Below are positions 8,059-20,946 of a DNA stretch of 40,590 bases, piece after piece. The position numbers were made by a program, and so were the translations under genes. The notes below the pieces were generated by a model. It did no database searches, had not been told where the DNA came from, and saw only the letters and a program-made list of their open reading frames with translations. The first letter of the stretch is position 1. Each line of letters starts with the position of its first letter. Origin of the DNA: an uncultured Bacilli bacterium. GTDB lineage: Bacteria > Bacillota_I > Bacilli_A > RF39 > UBA660. Location of the stretch: positions 1 through 40,590 of the forward strand of contig CALVVK010000002.1 in assembly GCA_944363825.1 (NCBI GenBank), written 5' to 3'.

Positions 8059-10060
8059 TCTTCACCGCATCTTTTTGTTTTTTCATGTCTTCTACCGCTT
8101 CATTTAAGGCATCTTCAATAGTTTTAATATCATCCAAAATCATACTATAACCAAATTCAGCACCATGATCATATGGTAATTTCTTTATTTCTTTATTTAA
8201 TTTATGAATATAATTACTTAATTGTTTTTGACTGTAACCTACTAAATAAATGACGAATTCATTACCATCAGTTCGCATGATTTCACTATTATCAAGTTGC
8301 GTTTTGACCAAAATATTGGCAGCTGCTTTGATTTGCCTGTCCCCTTCATTATAGCCATATTGGTCATTGATTTCTTGAATTTTATTTAAATCAACTACCA
8401 AAATTGCTTGGGGATAGATAGTATTATTATTCCACGTTTCAATATTTTCATTTAAGAAATTACGATTTTTTAAAGAAGTAAGTTGATCAATAAATTTCAT
8501 TTTATCTTCTCTTTTTATCTTTCTGGCAATTGATATTTTTTTACTTTTCTTGATAACTATTAAAGCAATAATTATGGCAATAATTACAATATAAATGATA
8601 TATTCGGCAATTCTAGTAATTACGCCCCCACTTTTAATAGTATTGTAATGGTTATCTAAGCCTTCGATAATTATAGCATCTTCATCTAGGAAACTAATAT
8701 ATTTGTCTAATAAGCGATATAAGGCACTATCAGTTCTTACTTTGAAAGTATAAACTGAGTTAATATAATCACTATATCTCGCAGTATAATTATCAAGACG
8801 ATTATCACTATAATAATCAAATGTGTATTTATCTAAAACAATATAGACATCGCGTTTATTTAATTTAAATAAATCATTAATTGTAGCATATGTTTCAATA
8901 TTAATACCATTTATATTACTAATATAATCATAAATTTTACTATTTTCTAAAACATAAACTGTTTTACCTATTAATGAATTAACAGATTTTATTACTTCTG
9001 GATTATCCCGACGGGCCGCAACGACATATTCAATATCAATTCCACTTGTTTGATTGTATTCATCAGTGAAATTGTAATAATTGAAATATAAGTCGATATC
9101 ACCATTATTTAAAGCATTCGTAAAGCGATTAAAATTACGATATCTTTCAAAGTTAAATTCTACTCCTGCAAAGTCACTAAAATTACTTAAATAGACAGCA
9201 ACTATACCGCCGTATTTACCACCAGTGATAACTTCATAGGGAGAAGCATTAACAAAGCCATAATCGTAAGTAACACTTTGCATTGCATCTATTTCGGTAT
9301 CTGTGATATTTAAAGATGTTTTAAAAGTATTAAATAAGGCAGTATTAAAAGATGTATCAAAATTTTCTTGCCAATTATTATAGAATTTTTTTAATACACT
9401 ACTTAAAGTTGTATCTTCCATTTGTAAAGTATAATATACTTTAATATCACTAAAATGATAAAGAATATGGTAATCATTTTGTAAAGATATATCTAAATAT
9501 TGTAATAACGGAACTATTATAAAATTTAATTCTCCATCAAGGGCCGCAAAGAGTTCTTCGGTTGATGCGTATTGAGTGAAACTAACATTTGTAACATTGT
9601 TAATATATGTTGATACATAACTTAAATCACTTGTTAAAATACCAATTGTACGATTGGCTAAATCGGTAGTTGTAGCAATATTTTCTTCGCTCGTACCAAC
9701 TAAAACATAATGATCAGTATAAAATACTATGTCATTATCATTTATATTTGTTTTACTACCCAATGTTAAGCCAGAAGGATTATTACCACTGTTAAAAGTG
9801 ATAGCATTAGTTTGCAAGCCATATTCTTCTTCAAAGTCGGCGATAAAATCATAAAATACACCGGAACCGTTTTTGCCAAAAACATTGGCATTATTAATAA
9901 CATTAATATTTTGAATAGTATTAATATTTTCATTAATCCAATTTCTTTCAGCAACAGTTAGTTTATTTTCATCGCTTAAGATTAAATATAAAACTATTCC
10001 TAAAGTAATAACTACAATAACACTTACAACAATTACAATTAAACTTCTCTTCTTTTTCAT
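8036..10060 (-). CDS. Membrane sensor: two extracytoplasmic solute-binding-like modules, a TM segment and a degenerate GGDEF domain
   Basis: 674 aa. An N-terminal TM segment is followed by two SBP type-3-like repeats (RTIGILTSD...FAALDGELNFIIVP; GKTVYVLENS...), a second TM segment (IIYIVIIAIIIALIVI) and a GGDEF fold (DQLTSLKNRNF...VDLNKIQEINDQYGYNEGD). The signature reads RTDGNEF. Confidence 0.8.
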   Translation of the reverse strand: MKKKRSLIVIVVSVIVVITLGIVLYLILSDENKLTVAERNWINENINTIQNINVINNANVFGKNGSGVFYDFIADFEEEYGLQTNAITFNSGNNPSGLTLGSKTNINDNDIVFYTDHYVLVGTSEENIATTTDLANRTIGILTSDLSYVSTYINNVTNVSFTQYASTEELFAALDGELNFIIVPLLQYLDISLQNDYHILYHFSDIKVYYTLQMEDTTLSSVLKKFYNNWQENFDTSFNTALFNTFKTSLNITDTEIDAMQSVTYDYGFVNASPYEVITGGKYGGIVAVYLSNFSDFAGVEFNFERYRNFNRFTNALNNGDIDLYFNYYNFTDEYNQTSGIDIEYVVAARRDNPEVIKSVNSLIGKTVYVLENSKIYDYISNINGINIETYATINDLFKLNKRDVYIVLDKYTFDYYSDNRLDNYTARYSDYINSVYTFKVRTDSALYRLLDKYISFLDEDAIIIEGLDNHYNTIKSGGVITRIAEYIIYIVIIAIIIALIVIKKSKKISIARKIKREDKMKFIDQLTSLKNRNFLNENIETWNNNTIYPQAILVVDLNKIQEINDQYGYNEGDRQIKAAANILVKTQLDNSEIMRTDGNEFVIYLVGYSQKQLSNYIHKLNKEIKKLPYDHGAEFGYSMILDDIKTIEDALNEAVEDMKKQKDAVKNEKETKK

Positions 10061-10062
10061 TT

Positions 10063-10554
10063 TTATTCTTCTTCACTTTCTACTGGGGTATTGTTATTCC
10101 AAACAAGACCTGATCCAGCAACATTTCTAGCCCCCATAAGTGTAAATCCATCGCTATTGTCTGTAGCCTCACTAGTGATGGTAAAATTAATATCATAATA
10201 ACTTAATAAATCTTCACTAAATGTTTCAAGGGATGCAGCAGTTTTACTTTGAGCCTCAACTAAAGATGTATCACCAACAAAATTAATAGTGATGTAAATA
10301 ATTCGACCTTTGGTATCAAATTCGACACTTTCAATCATATCATCACTTTCCAAATTAGTAGTGTATTCCGATACGAAAGAATCTTCAATTGGATGATCTT
10401 CAATCCCATCTAGGCGGTCGCCATAAACTGATTCACTGCCACCGAAAAAGTAAGATACTGTTACCACAATTATGGCAATAAAACAGATGATGAGAATTAT
10501 GCCTAAGACGATTAAAACCTTATTCTTCCCCCATATTTCTTTTAACTTATTCAA
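10063..10554 (-). CDS. Membrane-anchored extracytoplasmic protein, unknown function
   Basis: 163 aa with a single N-terminal TM segment (VLIVLGIILIICFIAIIVVTV) and an acidic C-terminus. It is tightly packed between ligA and the GGDEF gene. Confidence 0.6.
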   Translation of the reverse strand: MNKLKEIWGKNKVLIVLGIILIICFIAIIVVTVSYFFGGSESVYGDRLDGIEDHPIEDSFVSEYTTNLESDDMIESVEFDTKGRIIYITINFVGDTSLVEAQSKTAASLETFSEDLLSYYDINFTITSEATDNSDGFTLMGARNVAGSGLVWNNNTPVESEEE

Positions 10555-10602
10555 ATATATTCACCCTCCTCGAGTAACATAATTATACTACATATATATT
10601 AT

Positions 10603-13488
<2,886 letters not shown>

Positions 13489-13492
<4 letters not shown>

Positions 13493-15582
13493 TTTTCGCT
13501 CCTCCTTAATCCTTGATAATTACTCAAAAATTTCTTTATACCAAATCTTTTATCAAAAGCCACTGTTACAAACCGATCGTCACAATCAACCACTACACCC
13601 CGGCCGAAACTTAAGTGATAGACTATTTCGCCGTGCTTGTAATTGGTAGCCTCACTACTATAAAATTTTTCTTTAGTAAAAATTTCACTATTTTTGGCTA
13701 AAGTAGAATCTTCCTTGTCAATTAAATTGGGATCAATTTCGCCGATGAAACGACTAGGAGGATTCATGCTCATATTACCAAATAACATTCTTCTTTTGGC
13801 ATTAGTTATATAAAGCCGTTCTTTAGCCCGCGTGATTGCGACATAACAAAGTCTTCGTTCTTCTTCAATCCCATTTTTTTCTTGTAAAGACATGGTATGT
13901 GGCATAATATTTTCTTCCATTCCCGCTAGGAATACGACTTTAAACTCTAATCCCTTAGCAGAATGCATGGTCATTAGAGTGATAGCATCATCATTATCAC
14001 TATGTTCGGAAACATCAGCAACTAAAGATATATCTTCTAAGAAATCTTCCAAATTAACGGTTCCCGTTTCTTTTTGATAATTTTCGGTAATACTTTTAAA
14101 TTCTAGTAAGTTTTCTAAACGCAGTTCCGATTCTAAAGTTTTATCTTTTTCCATTTCAGCTTTAATTCCCGATTTTTCTAAAACTAAGTCAATTAGTTCC
14201 GTTAAATCAGTATTTTTACTGGCTTCACTTAATTCTAATATTAAGTTTTTAAACTCTAATTCTTTAGATTTAGATAAACATTCAAACATTGAAGTATTAT
14301 TATCACTTGCCATCTTACTTAAGTCTTCTAGGGACTTTGACCCAATTCCGCGTTTTGGAACATTGATAATTCGCGTTAATGATACATCATCGGCATGATT
14401 AGAAATAAGGCGTAAATAACTTAAAAGATCTTTAATTTCTTTACGTTTATAGAAATAATAACTACCTACTACTTTATATGGGTAATTCATCTTAAGCATG
14501 CCTTCTTCTAAAGTCCGAGACTGGGCATTAGTGCGATATAAAATCGCAATATCTTGGTAAGTATAACCACTAGCAAGTAATTTTTTTATTTCTTCCATAA
14601 TGAGAGTTACTTCATGCTTTTCATCATAACTGCGCAGATATTTTACTTTGACACCAGCACCTAACTCACTAAATAATTTAACATCTTTACCTTCAATATT
14701 ATTATTAATAACCGAATTAGCAGCATTTAAAATCGTATTAGTACTACGATAATTTTGGTTTAAAGTTATACTTTTAGCCTCAGGATAATCTTTCTCAAAG
14801 TTTAGAATATTGCGATAATTGGACCACCGGAAGCCATAAATTGATTGCGACGGATCACCAACAACAAATATATTCCGATATTTTTCGGCCAGTTTTTTGA
14901 TCCATTTGTATTGCACTTCGTTGGTATCTTGGTATTCATCAATTAAAATATATTGGTATTTTTCTTGATAGTAATCGAGAACCTCAGCATTTTCTAAAAA
15001 TAACTCAGCAGGCATTTTTAATAGGTCATCAAAATCAACGGCATTATTTCTTTTAAGTACTTTTTGATACTCAAAATAAACCTTCGCCGCCACTTTTTCC
15101 GGCGGACTATTTAAATATTTTTCTACTTCACTATCACTAAGCATTTCATTTTTAATAAAACTAATTTTATTGCGAATAAAACCCGGACTATATTCTTTGG
15201 TGTCATAATCTAAATCTTTTAATATTTTCTTGATAATACTATTGACATCATCAGAATCAATTATCGAAAAATTTCTTGTTAAGCCTAAAAGATCATAATT
15301 TTCCCGAATAATTTTTAAACCAAAGGAATGAAAAGTCCCGACGAAAGCATAATTATCCGCAACAACATTATTGATTCGATCGCGCATTTCCTTCGCGGCT
15401 TTATTGGTAAATGTGATTGCTAAAATGTTGCCCGAATAAATTCCGTGCATAATTAAATTAGCAATGCGCATAGTTAGCACTTTAGTTTTACCTGATCCTG
15501 CCCCCGCTAGTACTAAACAAGGTCCATCAATATGTTCTACTGCTTCTTTTTGTTCTTTGTTAAGTCCATCTAATATATTCAT
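13489..15582 (-). CDS. pcrA: ATP-dependent DNA helicase PcrA (UvrD/Rep superfamily 1)
   Basis: 697 aa. Walker A is GAGSGKTKVLT and motif II is DEYQDTN. TMHSAKGLEF and YVAITRAK are also present. It shows the classic Firmicute linkage with ligA. Confidence 0.95.
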
Positions 15583-15646
15583 GGTTACCTCCGTATTACA
15601 ATAATTATATCAAATATACTTAAAATTAAAAAGACTTTTTAGCAAA

Positions 15647-15668
15647 TAAAAACCTCGAAATATCGAGG
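15647..15668 (-). terminator. Rho-independent terminator after AAA+ paralog 1
   Basis: CCTCGA-AATA-TCGAGG hairpin followed by TTTTTATTT on the minus strand, 5 nt after the stop codon. Confidence 0.65.
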
Positions 15669-15672
15669 AATA

Positions 15673-16965
15673 TTACTTAATACAAAATACAGCATATAAA
15701 GGAACTGCTTTTATATTATTTTCCAAACCAAAGTTTTTAGAAGATATTCTAATCCCATATTGAGGATTATATTTTTTTAAATATTCATTCAAACTTTTAC
15801 TACTAGTTCGGCGACTACTCTTAACTTCAACCGGAATTATATCACCATCTAGTTTTATTAAAAAATCTATTTCATATTTATTAAAGGTATAGTAGAATAA
15901 TTCTTTAAACTTAGAATAAAATTCACAAGCAACGTAATTTTCTGTAAGAACACCTTTATACATTTCGTTTTTATCTAATAAAATTTCGCGATAATCAATA
16001 TTAGATAAGGATCTAAGTAAACCAGGATCACTTAAATATATTTTAAATTTATCCGGATTAATAAAGGCTTTTAAAGGAGATTCACACCTTTCTGTTAAAT
16101 TGCATTTTAAAATCATATTGCTGGCTAGTAACCAGTCTAGGCTACTTTCATATCTAATTTTTCTAGCATCTTTATCTACTATACTATATTTAAATGTATT
16201 GTTTTCTCTAGCAAGTTCTTTAGGAATTGCATTGTATATTTGGCTATTTTTTACACTTTCACTATTTTCAGTATATTTATTCATATCAGCAAGATAAGAA
16301 GTTATTATTTGATCTTGAAGTTCAAAATTAACATGAGCAATATTACAGTCATTAGCAATAAAATTGTTGATTAATGCGGGCATGCCACCAAGGGTTAAGT
16401 ATTTTTTAAATAATTCTAAGGTTAAGTCATGAATAGGACTCATTAAAGGTTCGTTTGTTTCATAGTGTTTTTGAATTTCCGTAATTAACTTATCTTCACC
16501 AAGAGCCATTAAATATTCCTCAAAATCCATGGGATATAAATATTTTATAACTACTTTTCCAACAGGAAATGAGGAATGAAATCTATTAATTTTAACTCCT
16601 AAAAGAGAGCCAGCACAGACAATCTTATAAGGTTTAGCACTTTCACAAAAATATTTTAAGGATGTTATGGCCCTTTCACTAACTTGAATTTCATCTAAAA
16701 AGATAATTGTATCTTCAGGATTAAAATTGATATTCTTAATAATTTCTAATTTTTCAATTATTGTTTCAGGATTAATAGTACTTTCAAAAATATTACAAAT
16801 ACTATCTTCTTTATCTAAATTAATATAAATGTAATTATTAAAATTTTTCTTACAAAATTCTTCTAAAATATATGTTTTCCCAGTTTGTCTAGCCCCAATT
16901 AACATTAAAGGCATTTTAAAATCTTGTAACCACTTATTTAATTCTTCTTCTATTTTTCTATACAT
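15673..16965 (-). CDS. AAA+ ATPase (AAA_14/COG1373-like) with a C-terminal DUF4143/PD-(D/E)xK-like module, paralog 1
   Basis: 430 aa. Walker A is GARQTGKTY and Walker B is IIFLDEIQ. The C-terminus reads YEIDFLIKLDGDIIPVEVKS, a nuclease-like D...EVK motif. It is a close paralog of the gene at 26381-27691. Confidence 0.85.
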   Translation of the reverse strand: MYRKIEEELNKWLQDFKMPLMLIGARQTGKTYILEEFCKKNFNNYIYINLDKEDSICNIFESTINPETIIEKLEIIKNINFNPEDTIIFLDEIQVSERAITSLKYFCESAKPYKIVCAGSLLGVKINRFHSSFPVGKVVIKYLYPMDFEEYLMALGEDKLITEIQKHYETNEPLMSPIHDLTLELFKKYLTLGGMPALINNFIANDCNIAHVNFELQDQIITSYLADMNKYTENSESVKNSQIYNAIPKELARENNTFKYSIVDKDARKIRYESSLDWLLASNMILKCNLTERCESPLKAFINPDKFKIYLSDPGLLRSLSNIDYREILLDKNEMYKGVLTENYVACEFYSKFKELFYYTFNKYEIDFLIKLDGDIIPVEVKSSRRTSSKSLNEYLKKYNPQYGIRISSKNFGLENNIKAVPLYAVFCIK

Positions 16966-16994
16966 AATTAAACATCACCTATTTAATTTTACCA

Positions 16995-17045
16995 TTTTTC
17001 GGACAAATTGTACATATTTTCACACATTTTTCGGACAAATTGTAC
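16995..17045 (-). repeat. Direct repeat upstream of AAA+ paralog 1 (two copies, 32-nt period)
   Basis: TTTTTCGGACAAATTGTAC occurs at 16995-17013 and again at 17027-17045. Each copy contains the palindrome ACAA-A-TTGT. A possible extended -10 (TGGTAAAAT on the minus strand) lies just downstream of the proximal copy. Confidence 0.75.
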
Positions 17046-17058
17046 GTTTTTTATTTAA

Positions 17059-18045
17059 CTAAAACATATCTTTAAATAAGCCATAAATATAATTTTCGAT
17101 ATCAAATGGAATAAGATCAGTCATTTTTTCACCAAGGCCCACAAATTTGACAGGAATACCAACGGCTTCTTTAATGGCTAAAACTATGCCCCCTTTGGCG
17201 GTGCCATCTAATTTAGTTAAAACAATGCCGGTGATATTGGTTATTTCTTTGAAGGCTTCGGCTTGCATTATCCCATTTTGGCCAGTTGTCGCATCGATAA
17301 CCAGTAAAGTTTCGTGCGGAGCACCTGCTATTTTATTGCCAATAACTTTATTAATTTTTTCTAATTCTTTCATAAGGTTTACTTTATTATGTAACCTACC
17401 TGCGGTATCAATTAAAACGATATCGATATTTTTATTTATCGCTACATCTAAACCATCAAAAATAACACCAGCAGGATCAGTATTTTCCCGACCATAAAAT
17501 TCGGAATTGGTGCGTTCAGCCCAAATTTTTAATTGTTCAACAGCTCCTGCTCGAAAGGTATCACCAGCAATCATCATGATGCTCTTACCTTCGCTTTTAT
17601 ATTTGTGAGCCAGTTTGGCAATAGTTGTTGTTTTCCCAACGCCATTGACACCAACCATTAATATAACGGTGGGCCCAGATGCTGCCATATTAATTTTATC
17701 GGTAATTGCTTCATTATTAACATAAATGATAAATAATTCATCGACGATAACTTCATTTAAATATTTAGTGTCAGTAATATTTTCACTTTTTACCCGTTTA
17801 CGCAAGCGGTCGATAAAGTCCATGACCGTTTTAACCCCAATATCTGCCATAATCAATAAATTTTCTAACTCTTCAAAATATTCTTCATTTACTTTAGTAT
17901 ATTTAATACCGAGCAAATTTAATTTAGAAACAAATTCATTACGTGTTTTTTCTAGTCCTTGATCATATTTTTGAATCTCTTCATTTTTTACTTCATCTTT
18001 TTCTTTTGTCTTAAATATATCTTTTAATTTACTAAATAATCCCAT
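17059..18045 (-). CDS. ftsY: Signal recognition particle receptor FtsY
   Basis: 328 aa with SRP-GTPase motifs GVNGVGKTTTIAKLA, DTAGRLH and TKLDGTAKGG, plus an acidic/basic N-terminal A-domain. Confidence 0.95.
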   Translation of the reverse strand: MGLFSKLKDIFKTKEKDEVKNEEIQKYDQGLEKTRNEFVSKLNLLGIKYTKVNEEYFEELENLLIMADIGVKTVMDFIDRLRKRVKSENITDTKYLNEVIVDELFIIYVNNEAITDKINMAASGPTVILMVGVNGVGKTTTIAKLAHKYKSEGKSIMMIAGDTFRAGAVEQLKIWAERTNSEFYGRENTDPAGVIFDGLDVAINKNIDIVLIDTAGRLHNKVNLMKELEKINKVIGNKIAGAPHETLLVIDATTGQNGIMQAEAFKEITNITGIVLTKLDGTAKGGIVLAIKEAVGIPVKFVGLGEKMTDLIPFDIENYIYGLFKDMF

Positions 18046-18093
18046 AATTAACCTCCGATTAACAATATAATATCATATTTAATGGGGGAATTA

Positions 18094-18122
18094 TAGACAA
18101 AATCTTATTTTTTTGATATAAT
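18094..18122 (+). promoter_or_regulatory. Probable rnj promoter with an extended -10
   Basis: TAGACA (18094-18099), a 17-nt spacer, then TATAAT (18117-18122), preceded by TG at 18114-18115 (TGATATAAT). Confidence 0.5.
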
Positions 18123-18174
18123 TTAAATAGTTTAAAAAACTTTTATTAATTTTTAGAAAGAAGGAATTTTTTAG

Positions 18175-19848
18175 ATGGAAAAGAATATGCAACCAACTAA
18201 AGTTATTGCTTTGGGTGGTTTAGGTGAAGTTGGAAAAAATATGTATATCATTGAACATGATAGCGAAATACTAATTATCGATGCGGGAGTTATGTTTCCC
18301 GAAGATAATTTGTTGGGTGTCGATTATGTTATTCAAGATATTACTTATTTAAAGAAAAACGCCAATAAAATAAAAGGTTTATTTATTACCCATGGGCATG
18401 AAGACCACATTGGGGGTATTCCTTTTTTACTTCAGGCGGTTTCTATTCCGGTGATTTATACACCCAAAATTGCACGGGATTTAATCGAAAAAAAGTTAGT
18501 AGAAAGAAATATAAAATATGATAATTATGAAATAATAAATACAGATTTAGTAGTTAAAACTAAGTTTTTTGAAGTATCATTCATTAATACTACCCACTCT
18601 ATTCCCGATTCTTTTGCGATTCTTATCAAAACACCGAATGGGACAATTTTTGAAACTGGGGATTTTAAATTCGATTTAACACCTGTGGGACCAATGGCTG
18701 ATATTCATCGCATGGCTAAAGCTGGGGCGGAAGGAGTTACCCTCCTTTTAAGTGATTCCACTAATGCCCTATCAACCGGTTATTCTAAAAGTGAAAGTGC
18801 CGTTGATGGAACTCTTAATGATATGATAAGTCGCCATCATGGCCGAGTTATTATTGCAACATTTGCATCTAATATTTACCGAATTAAACATATTGTGGAA
18901 TCTTGTAAGAAATATAACCGAAAAATTATTGTCTTTGGACGAAGTATGGAAAATAGTATTGAACTTGCTTTAAATAATGGTTTAATTAAAGATAAAACGA
19001 TGTTTATTGATGTAAATGATGCCAAATCTTTAAAAAGACAAGAAATTTGTATTTTATGTACTGGGTCACAAGGTGAACCACTGGCGGCCCTATCTCGGAT
19101 TGCTAATGGTCAACATAAACAAATATCCCTTTTAGGAGATGACTTAGTAATTTTTTCTTCTAGTCCAATTCCAGGGAATGCTGAGGGTATCAATAGAATT
19201 ATCAACAAACTTTATTTAAAAGGAGTGCGGGTATTTACCAATTCGGATTTTTCCGATGTGCATACTTCGGGCCATGCCAAAGAAGAAGAATTAAAATGGA
19301 TGCTTAGAATCATAAAACCAAAATATTTTATGCCGATGCATGGGGAATATCGGATGCTTAAAAGACATACGGAAATTGGGGTTTTATGTGGAGTTGATCC
19401 TGAGAAGACAATTATCTGTAGCAATGGCGATGTCGTCGAGTTATTAAACGGCGAAGTTAAGAAAAACGGGACTGTCCAAGCCGGAGATGTTTATGTCGAT
19501 GGCTCTAGAGTTGGGGATATCGGTAGTATTGTCATTAAAGACCGGAAATTGATGAGTCAAGATGGTATTTTAATTACCATATTAAATATTAATACTTTAT
19601 CAAGAAAGTTATTATTAAAACCTAATGTTACAGCCCGGGGTTTTGTTCTTGTCAATGAAAACCAAGAATTAATGCAAAAAATCGAACGGAAAATTGCCGA
19701 AATTGTTAATAATTTCTTGAGTAAAAGTCCTTATACTTATACCGATTTAAAAAATCAAATTATTTTAGAATTATTACCTTTCATTAATAATCTAACAGGT
19801 AGAAAACCAATAATTTTACCAGTTATTATGGAAGTTAATCAATCATAA
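18175..19848 (+). CDS. rnj: Ribonuclease J (metallo-beta-lactamase/beta-CASP)
   Basis: 557 aa with the HGHEDHIGG motif, beta-CASP region motifs (SDSTN, HTSGHA) and the C-terminal domain typical of RNase J1/J2. Confidence 0.95.
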   Translation: MEKNMQPTKVIALGGLGEVGKNMYIIEHDSEILIIDAGVMFPEDNLLGVDYVIQDITYLKKNANKIKGLFITHGHEDHIGGIPFLLQAVSIPVIYTPKIARDLIEKKLVERNIKYDNYEIINTDLVVKTKFFEVSFINTTHSIPDSFAILIKTPNGTIFETGDFKFDLTPVGPMADIHRMAKAGAEGVTLLLSDSTNALSTGYSKSESAVDGTLNDMISRHHGRVIIATFASNIYRIKHIVESCKKYNRKIIVFGRSMENSIELALNNGLIKDKTMFIDVNDAKSLKRQEICILCTGSQGEPLAALSRIANGQHKQISLLGDDLVIFSSSPIPGNAEGINRIINKLYLKGVRVFTNSDFSDVHTSGHAKEEELKWMLRIIKPKYFMPMHGEYRMLKRHTEIGVLCGVDPEKTIICSNGDVVELLNGEVKKNGTVQAGDVYVDGSRVGDIGSIVIKDRKLMSQDGILITILNINTLSRKLLLKPNVTARGFVLVNENQELMQKIERKIAEIVNNFLSKSPYTYTDLKNQIILELLPFINNLTGRKPIILPVIMEVNQS

Positions 19849-19871
19849 CTTGCGGATATGCAAGTTTTTTT
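19848..19871. terminator. Bidirectional rho-independent terminator between convergent genes
   Basis: ACTTGC-GGATAT-GCAAGT hairpin followed by a T7 run, lying between the rnj stop and the stop of the minus-strand 357-aa gene. Confidence 0.8.
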
Positions 19872-20943
19872 ATTCTATACCTTGGATATTTATTAGTTTC
19901 CATTCATTGTTATCCTTAATAAAATACAAGCGATCATGCATGATATCACTTTGGTGTTTACCAGCAACAATCATATCTTTATTTAAATAGACTTCACAAC
20001 TAAAGGCCGCATCACCATAAATTTCAAAATTTTCTAATCTTTCCTCCGGCCAAATAGGATTACCTAAACTGTGTTTACTGGTAAATGTTATATCGACACT
20101 ATGGGCCCAATTATAAGCCATTTGATACATATTGGTGCCATCAATTAAATACGACGCAATGGTATTAAAGCCATAATTAGCCCCGGATAAGTCTTTGGTT
20201 AAAAATAAATGCCAATTATGAGCAACTTCCATAATATCAATATTGATATCGATATATTCTTTAGCCTCTTCTAAAGTATTAGTTTGATAAAAATAATCAG
20301 GATTTTGATAGACAAAATCTTCTTCGGCAATATCAATTGTTTTTCCTTTAAAGTCTTTTACAACTATTTCTTTTTCACTCGTTAAATTATTTATCTCATA
20401 AGTAACTAACGAAGGCATAGAAGAATTATAATACATAAAATCGAGGTCCGCAAAGTTACTAGACTTACTATAATCAGTAATTTCTTCGCCATCTAAATAT
20501 AGTTTATAATTACTAGGTATTATAACATCATAGTAAAATAATCCCCGACTTAAATTAGGTATGATATCTACTACTTCTCTTTCTTGGTAAGTAAATAAAC
20601 CTAATTTAGTCTTGTTTTTTAATACTTTAGTAGTAATTGTAAATATTTGTCTATTACCATCATATATTTCATATTCTTCATCAGCAATTTTTTTAACTTC
20701 CAAATCTTTTTTGGATGTTATTTCTTGGTATTGTTCTAATAAATCACTGGCTAAATTGTATTCACTTAAATAATTACTTAATTCTTGATCACTTAACTTA
20801 TTTATAGTATTGATTAAATAATTATTTATTTGATGATTTTCATAAGTAATTAAGGTAATAAAAATATATATCAAAAATATTAAGGCTAAAGCACCTAAAA
20901 TACTGCTATAAATGATTAAACTTTTTTTGTATCTACTTCTCAT
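19870..20943 (-). CDS. Membrane-anchored extracytoplasmic protein, unknown function
   Basis: 357 aa with one N-terminal TM segment (LIIYSSILGALALIFLIYIFITLI). The remainder is predicted to be outside the cell. It is co-oriented with, and 3 nt downstream of, the phosphodiester glycosidase gene. Confidence 0.6.
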   Translation of the reverse strand: MRSRYKKSLIIYSSILGALALIFLIYIFITLITYENHQINNYLINTINKLSDQELSNYLSEYNLASDLLEQYQEITSKKDLEVKKIADEEYEIYDGNRQIFTITTKVLKNKTKLGLFTYQEREVVDIIPNLSRGLFYYDVIIPSNYKLYLDGEEITDYSKSSNFADLDFMYYNSSMPSLVTYEINNLTSEKEIVVKDFKGKTIDIAEEDFVYQNPDYFYQTNTLEEAKEYIDINIDIMEVAHNWHLFLTKDLSGANYGFNTIASYLIDGTNMYQMAYNWAHSVDITFTSKHSLGNPIWPEERLENFEIYGDAAFSCEVYLNKDMIVAGKHQSDIMHDRLYFIKDNNEWKLINIQGIE

Positions 20944-20946
20944 AAT

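Noticed and set aside
8036-10060. GGDEF-like protein as a defence-type cyclic-nucleotide synthase (CBASS-like)
   Set aside because: The fold landmarks are those of a GGDEF domain, not a CD-NTase. The active-site signature is degenerate, and no effector or cap-type genes are adjacent. A sensory or scaffold role is more parsimonious.
15583-17058. AAA+ modules as insertion sequences or transposons
   Set aside because: There is no transposase or integrase. No terminal inverted repeats or target-site duplications are visible at the flanks. The only repeats are the upstream direct tandem repeats on one side.
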